Shown in pieces: positions 53,217 to 63,523 of a stretch of 64,000 bases of DNA. The position numbers were made by a program, and so were the translations under genes. Position 1 is the first letter of the stretch. Every line of letters starts with the position of its first letter. This stretch comes from an uncultured Ruminococcus sp. (lineage in GTDB: Bacteria > Bacillota > Clostridia > Oscillospirales > CAG-272). The stretch is taken from positions 65,029 to 129,028 of the forward strand of contig CADBKZ010000004.1 of the NCBI GenBank assembly GCA_902795355.1, given 5' to 3'. The notes beneath the pieces were generated by a model that saw only the letters and a list, made by a program, of their open reading frames with translations, searched no databases and was not told where the DNA came from.

Positions 53217-53930
53217 TCAGGACAGAGCGCGGTACGTTGCGTTGGCAACGGGGTTGGCGATCAGGTCGGTCAGCTTTTCGGCAACCCACGAGAACGGGGA
53301 AACCGGCAAAACCGTTGCGCAAACGATCAGAACGGCCAGAACAACCAGCATAATCTGCCGTTCGTACCGCATCACCGAGAAATACGCGCGGGGCGGCAGA
53401 AAGGCATAGAGGATCCGCGAACCGTCGTAGGGCGGAATGGGGATCATGTTGAATACGGAATAAATAAAGTTGAGCATGGCGGCGTAAAAGAAGAAATTCA
53501 CCGTCCAATAGAGCAGGGTCAGCGCAAAACCCGCGGTTCCCGCGGCGTAAACATGGGCGTAAACCGCAAAGAGAACGCCGTAAACCGCCGCGTTGAACGC
53601 GCCGAGCAAAAAGTTGGAGAGCGGACCCGCCAACGCAACCAGCGCAAACCCCCATTTCGGGTTTTTGAAATAGCGGGCGTTGATCGGAACGGGTTTTGCC
53701 CAACCGAACCCGAAGATCAGCAGAACGATGAACCCGACGGGGTCGATGTGCTTTCTCGGATTGAGCGTGAGCCGGCCGAGGTTGCGCGCGGTGGGGTCGC
53801 CCAATTTGAGCGCAACGAAGCCGTGCGCCGTTTCGTGGAGCGAGAGCGCAAAGAACATAATGGGCAGGGTCAGCAGCATGGAGATGAAGAACGAGCGGAT
53901 GTCGGAACCGGTAAACAGGTAAAAAAGCAT
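53217..53930 (-). CDS. Site-2 protease (M50) family membrane metalloprotease
   Basis: HETAHGF (HExxH) within a TM helix. LNPRKHIDPVG. Polytopic. Confidence 0.8.
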   Translation of the reverse strand: MLFYLFTGSDIRSFFISMLLTLPIMFFALSLHETAHGFVALKLGDPTARNLGRLTLNPRKHIDPVGFIVLLIFGFGWAKPVPINARYFKNPKWGFALVALAGPLSNFLLGAFNAAVYGVLFAVYAHVYAAGTAGFALTLLYWTVNFFFYAAMLNFIYSVFNMIPIPPYDGSRILYAFLPPRAYFSVMRYERQIMLVVLAVLIVCATVLPVSPFSWVAEKLTDLIANPVANATYRALS

Positions 53931-53974
53931 TCCGTTTCTCCTTTTTCGGAAAAGATGTAGGCCGATCCGCGCGG

Positions 53975-54583
53975 TCAGAGCTTTACGCCGGTCGCCCGCG
54001 CGATCTGCTGCCAGATCTCGGCTTTTCCCGCGCCGTTTTGCGAGGACGCAAAGACGATCGGAACATCGCTCGGGATGAGCGGATGGGAGCGGAAGCGTTC
54101 TTCCGCGGCGCGCCGCTCGGTTGCGTTGAGTTTATCGCATTTGGTGGCAACCGCAAGGAACGGCACGCCCGTTCGGATCAGATAATCCAGCATCGTTTCG
54201 TCGTCGCGCGTCGGCCCCACGCGGCTGTCGATCAACTGAACGGCCAGCCGGATGCGGTCCGCGTTGCGGTTGGCGGTAAAATAGCCGTCGGTCAATCCGG
54301 ACCAGCGCGCCTGTTCCTCTTTGGTGCGTTTGGCAAAGCCGTACCCGGGAAGATCGACCAGCAGGAGCTGCCCGTCCGCGTCGTAAAAATTCACGGTGAT
54401 CGTTTTTCCGGGAGCCGAGCTGACCCGCGCCAGCGATTTGCGGCCGATCAACAGGTTGATCAAGGAGCTTTTGCCAACGTTGGAGCGTCCCGAAAACGCC
54501 ACCTGCGGCAGCGGGTCGGCGGGGAATTGCTTCGGCGTTCCCGCGCTGATGCGCAGGGATACGCGGTTGAGGTTCAACGGCAT
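53975..54583 (-). CDS. engB: Ribosome biogenesis GTPase EngB/YsxC
   Basis: GRSNVGKSSLIN (G1), DLPGYG (G3), TKCDK (G4). Conserved position downstream of lon. Confidence 0.92.
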   Translation of the reverse strand: MPLNLNRVSLRISAGTPKQFPADPLPQVAFSGRSNVGKSSLINLLIGRKSLARVSSAPGKTITVNFYDADGQLLLVDLPGYGFAKRTKEEQARWSGLTDGYFTANRNADRIRLAVQLIDSRVGPTRDDETMLDYLIRTGVPFLAVATKCDKLNATERRAAEERFRSHPLIPSDVPIVFASSQNGAGKAEIWQQIARATGVKL

Positions 54584-54607
54584 CGGAACGGCTCCTTTCT
54601 TCGGGAA

Positions 54608-57031
54608 TCAGATGCGGATCTGCGCGCTCGGAGCGGGCTGAGGAATGAACACGGGAGCGGGCTGCGCCGCTTCCGCGCGTTCGGCGGGGCGGAGCAGGGG
54701 GTCGGCCGGCAGAAGCGCGGCGGAAAGCACATCGTCCGCGGTGCGGCAGGCGATGAAGCGCAGGTTTTCCCGCGCGGCCGCGTCAATCTCTTCAAGGTCG
54801 CGTTGGTTGTCCTGCGGAATCAGAACGGTTTTCGCGCCCGCGGTATAGGCGGCCATGGTTTTTTCTTTGAGACCGCCGATGGGCAGGACCTTGCCGCGCA
54901 GGCTGATCTCCCCCGTCATGGCGACATCATGGCGGACGGCGCGCCCCGTCAACGCGCTGACGAGAGCCGTTACCATGGTAACTCCCGCGGAAGGGCCGTC
55001 TTTCGGCACGGCGCCTTCGGGAAAGTGAATGTGAATATCCTTGGTTTTATAAAAGTCGGTCGGAATCCCGAACGCCGAGGCGATGGAGCGGACGTAGCTG
55101 ACGGCGATATGCGCCGATTCTTTCATAACGTCGCCCAAAGAGCCGGTGGTTTCGATTTTGCCGGTTCCTTCGAGCACGGCGACTTCCACTTTCAGAAGCG
55201 TTCCGCCAAGCTCGGTGTAAGCCAATCCGTTCACCACGCCAACCTCGTCCTCGCCCACCGATTCGGGCAGGACCTTGCGAACGCCGAGGTAGTCGGCAAT
55301 GTCTTTTCGCGTCAGAGAGAATTGCTTTTGCTTTCCCTCGATCAGCCGGCGGTCCGTCTTGCGGCAAACCGAGGCAATGGCGCGTTCCAGATTGCGGACG
55401 CCCGCTTCATGGGTGTAGTAATCGATGATCTCGTCGATCGCGTCGTCCGAAAATTTCAGCTGGCGGCGGGTCAACCCGTGCCGTTTGAGCTGTTTGGGAA
55501 TCAGGTGATCCTTGGCGATTTCGCGCTTTTCGCGGCGGGTGTAGATGCCGAGTTCAATGATCTCCATGCGGTCGCGCAGGGGGCGCGGAATGGTTTCAAG
55601 GCTGTTTGCCGTGGCGATGAACACGCATTCCGAAAGATCGAACGGAAGCTCCACGAAATGGTCGCGGAAAGCCTTGTTCTGCTCCCCGTCCAACACTTCC
55701 AGAAGAGCGGAAGTCGGGTCGCCGTGCGCGTCGCGGGTCAGCTTGTCGATTTCATCCAGAAGGATCAGCGGGTTGCGGACGCCCGCCTGCGTGATCGCAG
55801 TGATCACGCGCCCCGGCATGGCGCCGATATAGGTTTTGCGGTGCCCGCGGATGTCGGCCTCGTCGCGGATGCCGCCGAGCGAGATCCGAACGTATTTGCG
55901 GTGCATGGCGCGGGCGATGGAAGATGCGATCGAGGTTTTTCCGACCCCGGGGGGGCCGACCAAGCAGAGGATCTGATTGCGGAGCGCGGGACTCATCTGT
56001 TTGGCGGCGATATATTCCACAATGCGCTCTTTCACCTTTTCAAGGCCGTTGTGGTCGTCGTCCAACACCTTTTGGACCGCCGCGGCGTTCAGCCGATCCT
56101 TGGAGGCCTTTGTCCACGGAATGTCAAGGCAAGTGTCAAGGTAGTTGATGATAACGGTGGACTCCGCCGAGCCGTAGGGCGTTTTGTCGAGCCGATCGGT
56201 TTCTTTGAGAAGTTTTTCTTCCACTTCTTCCGGCAGTTTTGCCGCCGCGATCCGTTCGCGGTATTCGTCAACGTCCGAGCCGCCCTCGCCAAGCTCTTCC
56301 TCGATTACCTTGATCTGCTCGCGCAGATAGTATTCGCGCTGATTCCGGTTCATCCGCTCGCCGGTGCGGCGGCGGATGGAAGCCTCTTCCGACATCAGCT
56401 CGGATTCCTGTTTGAGCAGGGTCAGAAGAACCTCTGCGCGCGCAAACGGGTCGAAGCATTCGAGAACGGCCTGTTTGTCCTCCGGGCGGACGAGCACGTT
56501 GGCCGCAATGAAGTCGGCCAGCTCCCCGGGGTTGGAATAGAGGCGGGCGGCGTTGAGAATATCGGCGGCGCCGGTTGGCATGAAGGAAAGATTCTCTTTC
56601 AGCGTTTCGAGCAATTCATGAACGCAGGCCTCGCCGCGAACGCCGCCGTAGTCGGGCAGGGAAACGGTTTTGCAAACCAAGTCGGCTTCAATGTAGCCGC
56701 GCGTTTTGCGGTACTCCGAAACCACCGCGCGGGTAAATCCTTCCAGAATCACGCGCGTGGCGCCCTCGGGCGTGCGGAGCATCTGCTTGATTTTTGCAAC
56801 GGTTCCAACGCGGTAAAGGCGGTCGGGCTCCGGCGTTTGCCCCGCGGGAACGGGGACCGACGCGGACACCACAAAAACGAACGGGCTGCCGTTGCCGGCG
56901 GTGCGGATTGCTGCGTCGGAAGCATCGTCGCCGATCTCAAGGTTTACGGGAACCGACGGAAACGCCGTTGTTCCGCGAAGAAAGACCGCGGGAAGCGTAA
57001 TTTGTTCTGCTGTTTCGATATAAGAAGACAT
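54608..57031 (-). CDS. lon: ATP-dependent Lon protease (LonA)
   Basis: LON N-domain. Walker [10 protein letters not shown]. Proteolytic [11 protein letters not shown] (catalytic Ser). Confidence 0.97.
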   Translation of the reverse strand: MSSYIETAEQITLPAVFLRGTTAFPSVPVNLEIGDDASDAAIRTAGNGSPFVFVVSASVPVPAGQTPEPDRLYRVGTVAKIKQMLRTPEGATRVILEGFTRAVVSEYRKTRGYIEADLVCKTVSLPDYGGVRGEACVHELLETLKENLSFMPTGAADILNAARLYSNPGELADFIAANVLVRPEDKQAVLECFDPFARAEVLLTLLKQESELMSEEASIRRRTGERMNRNQREYYLREQIKVIEEELGEGGSDVDEYRERIAAAKLPEEVEEKLLKETDRLDKTPYGSAESTVIINYLDTCLDIPWTKASKDRLNAAAVQKVLDDDHNGLEKVKERIVEYIAAKQMSPALRNQILCLVGPPGVGKTSIASSIARAMHRKYVRISLGGIRDEADIRGHRKTYIGAMPGRVITAITQAGVRNPLILLDEIDKLTRDAHGDPTSALLEVLDGEQNKAFRDHFVELPFDLSECVFIATANSLETIPRPLRDRMEIIELGIYTRREKREIAKDHLIPKQLKRHGLTRRQLKFSDDAIDEIIDYYTHEAGVRNLERAIASVCRKTDRRLIEGKQKQFSLTRKDIADYLGVRKVLPESVGEDEVGVVNGLAYTELGGTLLKVEVAVLEGTGKIETTGSLGDVMKESAHIAVSYVRSIASAFGIPTDFYKTKDIHIHFPEGAVPKDGPSAGVTMVTALVSALTGRAVRHDVAMTGEISLRGKVLPIGGLKEKTMAAYTAGAKTVLIPQDNQRDLEEIDAAARENLRFIACRTADDVLSAALLPADPLLRPAERAEAAQPAPVFIPQPAPSAQIRI

Positions 57032-57089
57032 TTCGGAATTTCGGATCCTTTCGGGGTCTCAACCAAGTGAAAACCATAGTTATCACAAT

Positions 57090-57118
57090 ATTATACCACA
57101 TTTCTTCCTGAATTTCCA
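57090..57118 (-). promoter_or_regulatory. Proximal promoter candidate for lon
   Basis: The minus strand reads TGGAAA-N17-TATAAT with TGg extended -10, about 60 nt upstream of the lon ATG. Confidence 0.4.
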
Positions 57119-57316
57119 TAGGTTTTCCGAAAAAAATGATGAAAATAAGGAAATAATTGATCCGGTTCCTTCCGGAACGCCGGAAAGACGCAAAAAAATT
57201 GCACACCATTGGTGCGTTCCTGCGCAGGAGATGTCATGAGTTTGGCATTTCGCAGAATCCGTAGCATTCGGTGTGCAATCGTTAAGGGAACCTGTCGGCG
57301 ATCCGACAGCACAATC

Positions 57317-57345
57317 ATTATACCAAAAATCGGGCGATTTGTAAA
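57317..57345 (-). promoter_or_regulatory. Distal minus-strand promoter (lon long leader or independent small transcript)
   Basis: The minus strand reads TTTACA-N17-TATAAT with TGg extended -10. Confidence 0.5.
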
Positions 57346-57504
57346 TATCCGAAAGTCACAAAAATGAGGGCAAATTTTTGTGAAAAACATGGTGACATAG
57401 AAATTTCAGCCGAAAAAGCGGCTCTTTTTTGGAAGTTTTTCCGATAGACATCGTGTCGTACCAAAAAATGGAAGGAGATTTTTTGAAAAAATTTTGCAAA
57501 ACTC

Positions 57505-57533
57505 TTGACAAACGGGGAAGATTGTGGTAAAAT
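57505..57533 (+). promoter_or_regulatory. Promoter of the infC-rpmI-rplT operon
   Basis: TTGACA-N17-TAAAAT with TGg extended -10. Confidence 0.65.
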
Positions 57534-57539
57534 GGCAGG

Positions 57540-57662
57540 GAAAACAAAGCAGAGTTTCCGCTCTCACCCGCCGCAAAGCGCAAACGGGTTGATAACCGAA
57601 CTTTTCCCCAACCCATGGGGAGCAGTGCCGCGCGGAGACGATTGTCTTTGTGCGGAATTTTT
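57540..57662 (+). promoter_or_regulatory. infC leader with terminator/attenuator (L20-leader-like)
   Basis: About 140-nt leader ending in a 12-bp stem (57628-57639 / 57444-equivalent arm 57644-57655, three G-U pairs), followed by AATTTTT, immediately before the infC RBS GAGGTG. Confidence 0.5.
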
Positions 57663-57682
57663 GTATTGTGAGGTGTTGAACG

Positions 57683-58204
57683 ATTAGCGCGAAGGACAAA
57701 GAGACGTTGCTCAATGAGGCGATCACCGCAAAAGAGGTCCGTTTGATCGGGCCGGCGGGGGAGACCCTTGGCATCATGAGTTCCCAAAAGGCGTTGGAAA
57801 CGGCATACGACCGCGGCATGGATCTGGTTATGATGGCGGCGCAGGCAACCCCGCCCGTTTGCAAGATCATGGATTACGGTAAGTTCTGTTTCGACCGCGA
57901 TAAACGGGAGAAAGAGGCGCGCCGGAAACAGCAGACCGTGGAACTCAAAGAAATTCAGCTTTCCTGCCGCATCGATACGCACGACTTTGAAACCAAGGCG
58001 CGCCATGCCGTCCGGTTTTTGACCGAGGGCAACAAAGTGCGCGTGGTCATGAAGTTCAAGGGGCGCGAAATGAGCCACCAGCAGATCGGGCAGGAAGTCC
58101 TCGAAAATTTCAAAAACGCATGCGCCGAGGTCGGAACGGTGGAAAAGAAGCCGGTTCTGGACGGTCGGTTTTTGAGCATGGTCATTTCACCCGTCAAAAA
58201 ATAA
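57683..58204 (+). CDS. infC: Translation initiation factor IF-3, ATT start codon
   Basis: The frame opens after TGA at 57677. ATT at 57683 lies 7 nt after GAGGTG. The product (I)SAKDKETLLNEAITAKEVRLIG aligns with the canonical IF-3 N-terminus, and 173 aa matches the usual size. Confidence 0.88.
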   Translation: MSAKDKETLLNEAITAKEVRLIGPAGETLGIMSSQKALETAYDRGMDLVMMAAQATPPVCKIMDYGKFCFDRDKREKEARRKQQTVELKEIQLSCRIDTHDFETKARHAVRFLTEGNKVRVVMKFKGREMSHQQIGQEVLENFKNACAEVGTVEKKPVLDGRFLSMVISPVKK

Positions 58205-58279
58205 CCGTTCATTGCCGCAAGGCGAACCGCAAATTGCATTCAAATCGTAATCAACAAGAAGAGAAAAGGAGTTTTCAAA

Positions 58280-58471
58280 ATGGGAAAGATCAAAACACAT
58301 AAGGCTTCGGCCAAACGGTTTACCGTTACCGCAAACGGCAAGGTGAAGATGTTCCACAGCTCTCACCGCCACAACACGGGCAACAAGAGCGCCAAACAGC
58401 TTCGCCACCTGCGTTCCGACGCGATGGTGCAGGGCAAAATGGCAAGCAACATCAAGGCAATGGTAAAGTGA
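58280..58471 (+). CDS. rpmI: 50S ribosomal protein L35
   Basis: [18 protein letters not shown]. 63 aa. Confidence 0.95.
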   Translation: MGKIKTHKASAKRFTVTANGKVKMFHSSHRHNTGNKSAKQLRHLRSDAMVQGKMASNIKAMVK

Positions 58472-58493
58472 TCGGAAACGGAGGATAAGAGAA

Positions 58494-58847
58494 ATGGCAA
58501 GAATCAAAGGCGCAATGATGACGCGCAAAAGAAGAAAATCGACGCTGAAAGCGGCAAAGGGATATTGGGGCGCGAAATCCAAGCACTTCAAGATGGCGAA
58601 AGAAGCCGTTATGAAGAGCGGCAACTACGCGTTTGCCGGCAGAAAGATGAAGAAGAGAGATTTCCGCAGCCTTTGGATTACGAGAATCTCCGCGCAGGCA
58701 AAGGTCAACGGCATGAACTACTCCACGTTTATGCACGGCCTGAAAAAAGCGGGCGTCAACCTCAACCGCAAGATGCTCTCCGAAATCGCAATTGCGGATA
58801 AGGAAGCGTTCGCAACACTCGCGGCGCAGGCGAAAGCCGCTCTTTGA
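58494..58847 (+). CDS. rplT: 50S ribosomal protein L20
   Basis: [29 protein letters not shown] ... [11 protein letters not shown]. Confidence 0.97.
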   Translation: MARIKGAMMTRKRRKSTLKAAKGYWGAKSKHFKMAKEAVMKSGNYAFAGRKMKKRDFRSLWITRISAQAKVNGMNYSTFMHGLKKAGVNLNRKMLSEIAIADKEAFATLAAQAKAAL

Positions 58848-58856
58848 TCAAACAAC

Positions 58857-58887
58857 CGAAAACCCGATGGTACGCATCGGGTTTTTG
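58857..58887 (+). terminator. Rho-independent terminator after rplT
   Basis: AACCCGATG-GTACG-CATCGGGTT followed by TTTT. Confidence 0.7.
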
Positions 58888-58955
58888 TCATAGATAGCGC
58901 GCTTCCAACGGGCGGCAAAGCCGCCCGAAAATCGCCTGAAAAAGGGGGAAAAACC

Positions 58956-59792
58956 GTGTTTTTTTCGTCCGAAACCATCCGTTCGAGGCAGAATCGAGCG
59001 GTAACGGAACTCGCCAAATTAACCGATCGGCGCGAGCGGGAAACCGTCGGGCGTTTTCGCTTCGACGGGGTAAAACTCGCGGAAGAGGCGATCCGAAGCG
59101 GGATTGAGATCCCGCTGCTGTTTTTGCGGGAAAGCGAGGCGGAAACCGTTGCGGCAAGACTCGCGGAGCGGATCGGCGGCGATCCGACCGAGCGGGTCGG
59201 GCGCGCGGTGATCCTCGAAAACAGCGTTTTTGACCGCATTTCGGAAGAAAAATCGCCCGAGGGCGTGATCTGTGTTGCAAAATATATTGACAAATTCCAA
59301 AAAAATGTTACAATATATAGTAGCAGCGAATTATCGGAACTCGCGGGGGAACGGATTGTTCTGCTCGAATCGGTGCGCGATCCGTCCAACATCGGCGCCG
59401 TTATCCGTTCGGCGGCGGCGTTCGGCGTGGATCGGTTGATCATCAGCGCGGATTGCGCCGATATTTACCATCCCCGCGCGGTGCGCGCTTCCATGGGAAC
59501 GCTGTTCCGCCAGAAGATTGACCGGACCGACCGTTTGGGAGACGTAATCGGGCAGCTTCGCCAAGCGGGGCGGCGCGTGTTTGCCGCAACGCTCGACGCA
59601 AACGCGATGCGGCTGGGGTCGTTTCCCGTTGAAACCGGAGATTGCGTTGTAATCGGAAACGAGGGACACGGGCTTTCAGGGGCGACGGTCGCCGCCTGCG
59701 GGAACAGCGTGTATATCCCCATGGGCGGGCGCGCGGAGTCGCTCAACGCGGCGGTTGCCGCGGCGCTTCTGATGTGGGAGTTTGCGAAATAA
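58956..59792 (+). CDS. TrmH/SpoU-family RNA 2'-O-methyltransferase
   Basis: GTG start. LLESVRDPSNIGAVIRSAAAFG, VIGNEGHGLS, ESLNAAVAAALLMWEF. Confidence 0.85.
   Translation: MFFSSETIRSRQNRAVTELAKLTDRRERETVGRFRFDGVKLAEEAIRSGIEIPLLFLRESEAETVAARLAERIGGDPTERVGRAVILENSVFDRISEEKSPEGVICVAKYIDKFQKNVTIYSSSELSELAGERIVLLESVRDPSNIGAVIRSAAAFGVDRLIISADCADIYHPRAVRASMGTLFRQKIDRTDRLGDVIGQLRQAGRRVFAATLDANAMRLGSFPVETGDCVVIGNEGHGLSGATVAACGNSVYIPMGGRAESLNAAVAAALLMWEFAK
59287..59314 (+). promoter_or_regulatory. Near-consensus sigma-A promoter embedded in the methyltransferase coding sequence
   Basis: TTGACA-N16-TGtTACAAT inside a ~55-nt AT-rich patch (59277-59335) of an otherwise GC-rich gene. Confidence 0.45.
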
Positions 59793-59828
59793 AAGCATAA
59801 GAATTGGGACCGGAGCAGAAAAGAGGAA

Positions 59829-61136
59829 ATGGGGGTGTCCGTCGGTTTGGAACGGAACGAATTGATCGATTGGATCCGCCTTGCAGAGGCGATCGGTCGC
59901 TCGGGAACGGTTTTTCGCAAGTTGGTCGGGCATTTCACCCATCCGGCGGAGCTTTTCGGAGCGGGCGAGGAAACTTTGCGGGCCATTCCGGAGCTGACCG
60001 GAAATAACATTCGCGCGTTGCGGTCGGGAGACCCCGCCGGAGCAATCGCGATTTTTGAAGCCTGCGAACGCCTCGGGATCCGGATTCTGCCATACGGGGA
60101 CGACGATTTCCCGCGGATTCTGCGGGAAATTCCGGACCCGCCGCCGTTGCTTTATTCTGTCGGAACCTTGCCCGATTTTGCAAACACCTTTTGCGTGGGC
60201 ATGGTTGGAACGCGGAAAATGACCGAATCGGGTCTGGAAAACGGCTATCGGCTGGCGTATGAACTTGCGAGCGCGCAGGCGTTGATCATCAGCGGGCTGG
60301 CCGAGGGGATCGACGGCGTTTGCGCGGTCGGCGCCATGGAAGGCGGCGGAAAAACCGTTGCGGTGATCGGCTGCGGGTTGGATATTGCCTATCCGCGCCA
60401 CCACGGAAAGCTGATGAACCGTATTGTGGAAAGCGGGGGCGCGATTTTTTCGGAGTATCCGCCCGGCACGCGCCCGATGCATTATCATTTTCCAATCCGC
60501 AACCGCATCATCAGCGGCCTTTCGCAGGTGGTAATCGTTGTGGAAGCCGGAGCGGCCAGCGGCTCGCTGATTACGGCGAGGGAAGCGGTTACGCAGGGGA
60601 GAAAGGTGTTCGCCGTCCCTGCCGACGCGGAAGCCGAGGAAGCCGCCGGAAACAACCAACTGCTGCGGGACGGCGCGAGCGTTGTTCTGGAAGCGCAGGA
60701 CCTTGTGGACCGCTACCGATACGTGTTCGATACGCGGCCGCTGGCCGAAAAGGTCAGGCCGCTGGTCGGCGGGGCGGATCGCGAAGTTCTGAAACGCTGT
60801 GGCGTTATCGCGTGGGATCGCCCCGAGCGGGAGCATCCCGCCAAAAGGCAACCGGTCGGCAACGGCCTGCCGCGGGAAAACGAACCGCGCGTTTCTCCGG
60901 CACGGGACGAGGAACAGCCGCCGCAACCGGCGAAAACCAAAATGCCGGACGAGGTTCTGCAATCGCTCACGCCGGTGCAGAGAGCGGTGTTGGAAGCCAT
61001 GCCGGACGATATTCCCGTAACGTCGGAATCCATTCGGACGGAGTACCCGTTCGGCGAGGTTCTCGCGGCGCTCACCATGCTGGAAATCCTCGGCATTGTG
61101 CGCAAGCTCCCGGGATCCATGTACGGAAAAGTTTAA
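59829..61136 (+). CDS. dprA: DNA processing protein DprA (Smf)
   Basis: GMVGTRKMT..G, SGLAEGIDG, YPRHHGKL, HFPIRNRIISGLS, AGAASGSLITAREA. C-terminal winged-helix-like extension. Confidence 0.9.
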   Translation: MGVSVGLERNELIDWIRLAEAIGRSGTVFRKLVGHFTHPAELFGAGEETLRAIPELTGNNIRALRSGDPAGAIAIFEACERLGIRILPYGDDDFPRILREIPDPPPLLYSVGTLPDFANTFCVGMVGTRKMTESGLENGYRLAYELASAQALIISGLAEGIDGVCAVGAMEGGGKTVAVIGCGLDIAYPRHHGKLMNRIVESGGAIFSEYPPGTRPMHYHFPIRNRIISGLSQVVIVVEAGAASGSLITAREAVTQGRKVFAVPADAEAEEAAGNNQLLRDGASVVLEAQDLVDRYRYVFDTRPLAEKVRPLVGGADREVLKRCGVIAWDRPEREHPAKRQPVGNGLPRENEPRVSPARDEEQPPQPAKTKMPDEVLQSLTPVQRAVLEAMPDDIPVTSESIRTEYPFGEVLAALTMLEILGIVRKLPGSMYGKV

Positions 61137-61201
61137 TTGAAAAAATAAGAATTATTCAACAGATCATTTCATAGAAGCTGAAAGAGAAGAAAGGAACCGA
61201 A

Positions 61202-63523
61202 ATGGCAAATAATCTGGTTATCGTGGAGTCGCCTTCCAAGGCGCTTACCATCAAAGGGTATCTTGGGAGCAACTATAAAGTAATCGCGTCCGTCGGGCAT
61301 GTCCGCGATCTCCCCAAGAGCTCGCTCGGAGTGGACATTGAGAACGGATTCGCCGCGCACTATATCAGCATCCGCGGCAAAGGAGACCTGATCAAGGAGA
61401 TCAAAAAAGAAGCGAAGAACGCAAACAAAATCTATCTCGCAACCGACCCCGACCGCGAGGGAGAGGCCATTTCATGGCACCTCGCGGCAACGCTGGATAT
61501 TCCCGTGGAAAAAACCCAGCGCATCTGCTTCAACGAGGTCACGAAGAACGCCGTTCGCGCGGCGATCAAAGCGCCGAGACAGATCGATATGAATCTGGTC
61601 AATTCCCAGCAAACGCGTCGGATCCTCGACCGTATTGTCGGTTATAAATTAAGCCCGCTGCTCTGGAAAAACGTGAAGAGCGGGTTGAGCGCGGGGCGCG
61701 TGCAATCGGTTGCAACGCGCATCATCGTGGAGCGCGAGGAAGAGATCCGCGCGTTCGTTCCCGAGGAATATTGGACGGTGGACGCCGTTCTTTGCACCGA
61801 CGACGGAAAAACCGTTCCCGTGCGCTTCTGGGGCGACGCCAACGGAAAGATCCGCCTGACCGACGAGACTGTTACAAACAAGATTGTCGGCGCGGTCAGC
61901 GGGAAGCCGTATGCGGTGTCGTCGGTCCGCCGCGCGGCCAAGCACAAAATGCCGGCTCCGCCGTTCACCACATCCACCATGCAGCAGGAAGCCGCGCGCA
62001 AGCTCGGTTTTCAATCCCAGCGCATCATGCGGGTGGCGCAGGAGCTTTACGAAGGAATCAACCTCGGCCCCGAGTTCGGCGGAACACAGGGTCTGATCAC
62101 CTATATGCGCACCGATTCGCTCCGCGTTTCGGAAGAGGCGCAGGACGCGGCAAGATCGTATATTCTCGGGAAGTACGGCAACTCGTTCTGCCCCGAAACG
62201 CCACGCACCTATAAATCCAAAGCTGGCGCGCAGGATGCGCACGAGGCCATTCGCCCGTCCCGCGTCGATCTCGAACCGCAAAAGATCCGCAAAATGCTTT
62301 CCACGGACCAATACAAACTCTATAAACTGATTTGGGAGCGGTTCATCGCAAGCCAGATGGAGTCGGCCGTGCTCGACACCGTAACCGCCGATTTCTCCTG
62401 CGAGGGCTATCTGTTCCGCACGAGCGGGTATTCGGTAACGTTCCAAGGGTATATGGCGGTGTACGAGGAGAGCGAGGACGAAACCGCCGCGGACGCGGAC
62501 GATCCCGCCGAGGTCAAAAACATCCGTTTGCCCGATCTGGCGAAGGGACAGCGGCTCAACGCTTCGGAAATTACGCCCGCCAAGCATTTCACCGAGCCGC
62601 CCGTCCGCTATAACGACGCGTCGCTCATCAAAATGCTCGAAGAGCAGGGCTTGGGGCGTCCGAGCACCTATGCAACCATCATTTCCACGATCTTGGCGCG
62701 CAATTATGTCAAGCGCGAGGGCAAAGCGTTCGTTCCAACGCCGCTCGGCGAGGTGACGAACAAACTGATGCGGGAGTATTTCTCCTCGATCGTTGATTAT
62801 CAGTTCACCGCCGATATGGAGAACGAACTCGACGGGATCGAGAACGGAAAAGAGACGATGGGAGCGGTTCTCGAAGCGTTCTGGAAAGATTTTTCCAAGC
62901 AGTTGGAGGAAGCCGAAAAGAAAATCGGGGAAAATACCATCGAGGTTCCGCCCGAGGAAACCGACATCATCTGCGAAAAATGCGGAAGCCGCATGGTGGT
63001 GCGCAACGGCCGGTTCGGCAAGTTTGCCGCTTGCCCGAATTACCCGACCTGCCGCAATACCAAGCCGCTGGTAACGAACGCCGGAAACAACGAAGGCGGA
63101 CCCGATGAAATCTCGGAGAACGGCGAGGAAAAAGCGGAAGAAAAAAAGACGACCGTGGCCGCAGACATGAAATGCGAAAAGTGCGGTGCGGATATGGTTC
63201 TGCGCACGGGCAAATTCGGCAGCTTCTGGGCTTGCAGCCGGTATCCCGAATGCAAATTTACCAAGGCGAGAGTGCGCGATACGGGCGTTACCTGCCCCAA
63301 ATGCGGCGCCAAGATCGTAACCAAATTCGGAAAGAGCCGCACCGTGTTTTACAGTTGCGAACGCTATCCGGAATGCGATTTTTCCTCGTGGGATATGCCA
63401 ACAAAGGAACTCTGCCCTTCGTGCGGGAAAATGCTGTTCCGCAAGAAAGGGAAGAACCTGCTGGTTTGCCATGAGCGCGACTGCGGCTATTCGCGCGAGA
63501 TCGAGGCAACGGAAGAAGCCTGA
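61202..63523 (+). CDS. topA: DNA topoisomerase I
   Basis: [27 protein letters not shown]. Active-site region ITYMRTDS. Three C-terminal C4 zinc fingers. Confidence 0.97.
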   Translation: MANNLVIVESPSKALTIKGYLGSNYKVIASVGHVRDLPKSSLGVDIENGFAAHYISIRGKGDLIKEIKKEAKNANKIYLATDPDREGEAISWHLAATLDIPVEKTQRICFNEVTKNAVRAAIKAPRQIDMNLVNSQQTRRILDRIVGYKLSPLLWKNVKSGLSAGRVQSVATRIIVEREEEIRAFVPEEYWTVDAVLCTDDGKTVPVRFWGDANGKIRLTDETVTNKIVGAVSGKPYAVSSVRRAAKHKMPAPPFTTSTMQQEAARKLGFQSQRIMRVAQELYEGINLGPEFGGTQGLITYMRTDSLRVSEEAQDAARSYILGKYGNSFCPETPRTYKSKAGAQDAHEAIRPSRVDLEPQKIRKMLSTDQYKLYKLIWERFIASQMESAVLDTVTADFSCEGYLFRTSGYSVTFQGYMAVYEESEDETAADADDPAEVKNIRLPDLAKGQRLNASEITPAKHFTEPPVRYNDASLIKMLEEQGLGRPSTYATIISTILARNYVKREGKAFVPTPLGEVTNKLMREYFSSIVDYQFTADMENELDGIENGKETMGAVLEAFWKDFSKQLEEAEKKIGENTIEVPPEETDIICEKCGSRMVVRNGRFGKFAACPNYPTCRNTKPLVTNAGNNEGGPDEISENGEEKAEEKKTTVAADMKCEKCGADMVLRTGKFGSFWACSRYPECKFTKARVRDTGVTCPKCGAKIVTKFGKSRTVFYSCERYPECDFSSWDMPTKELCPSCGKMLFRKKGKNLLVCHERDCGYSREIEATEEA

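Noticed and set aside
57091-57390. 99-aa minus-strand ORF in the lon-infC intergenic region.
   Set aside because: It has no RBS and an odd composition (F/R/H-rich). It spans two promoter-like elements and a terminator-like hairpin, so it is better explained as non-coding.
57032-57500. CIRCE (HrcA) or CtsR operator upstream of lon.
   Set aside because: I found no TTAGCACTC-N9-GAGTGCTAA-like element and no tandem GGTCAAA repeats on either strand.
57707-58204. TTG start for infC, as given in the ORF track.
   Set aside because: It truncates the conserved IF-3 N-terminus and has no SD. The ATT at 57683 has a correctly spaced GAGGTG and restores the canonical length.
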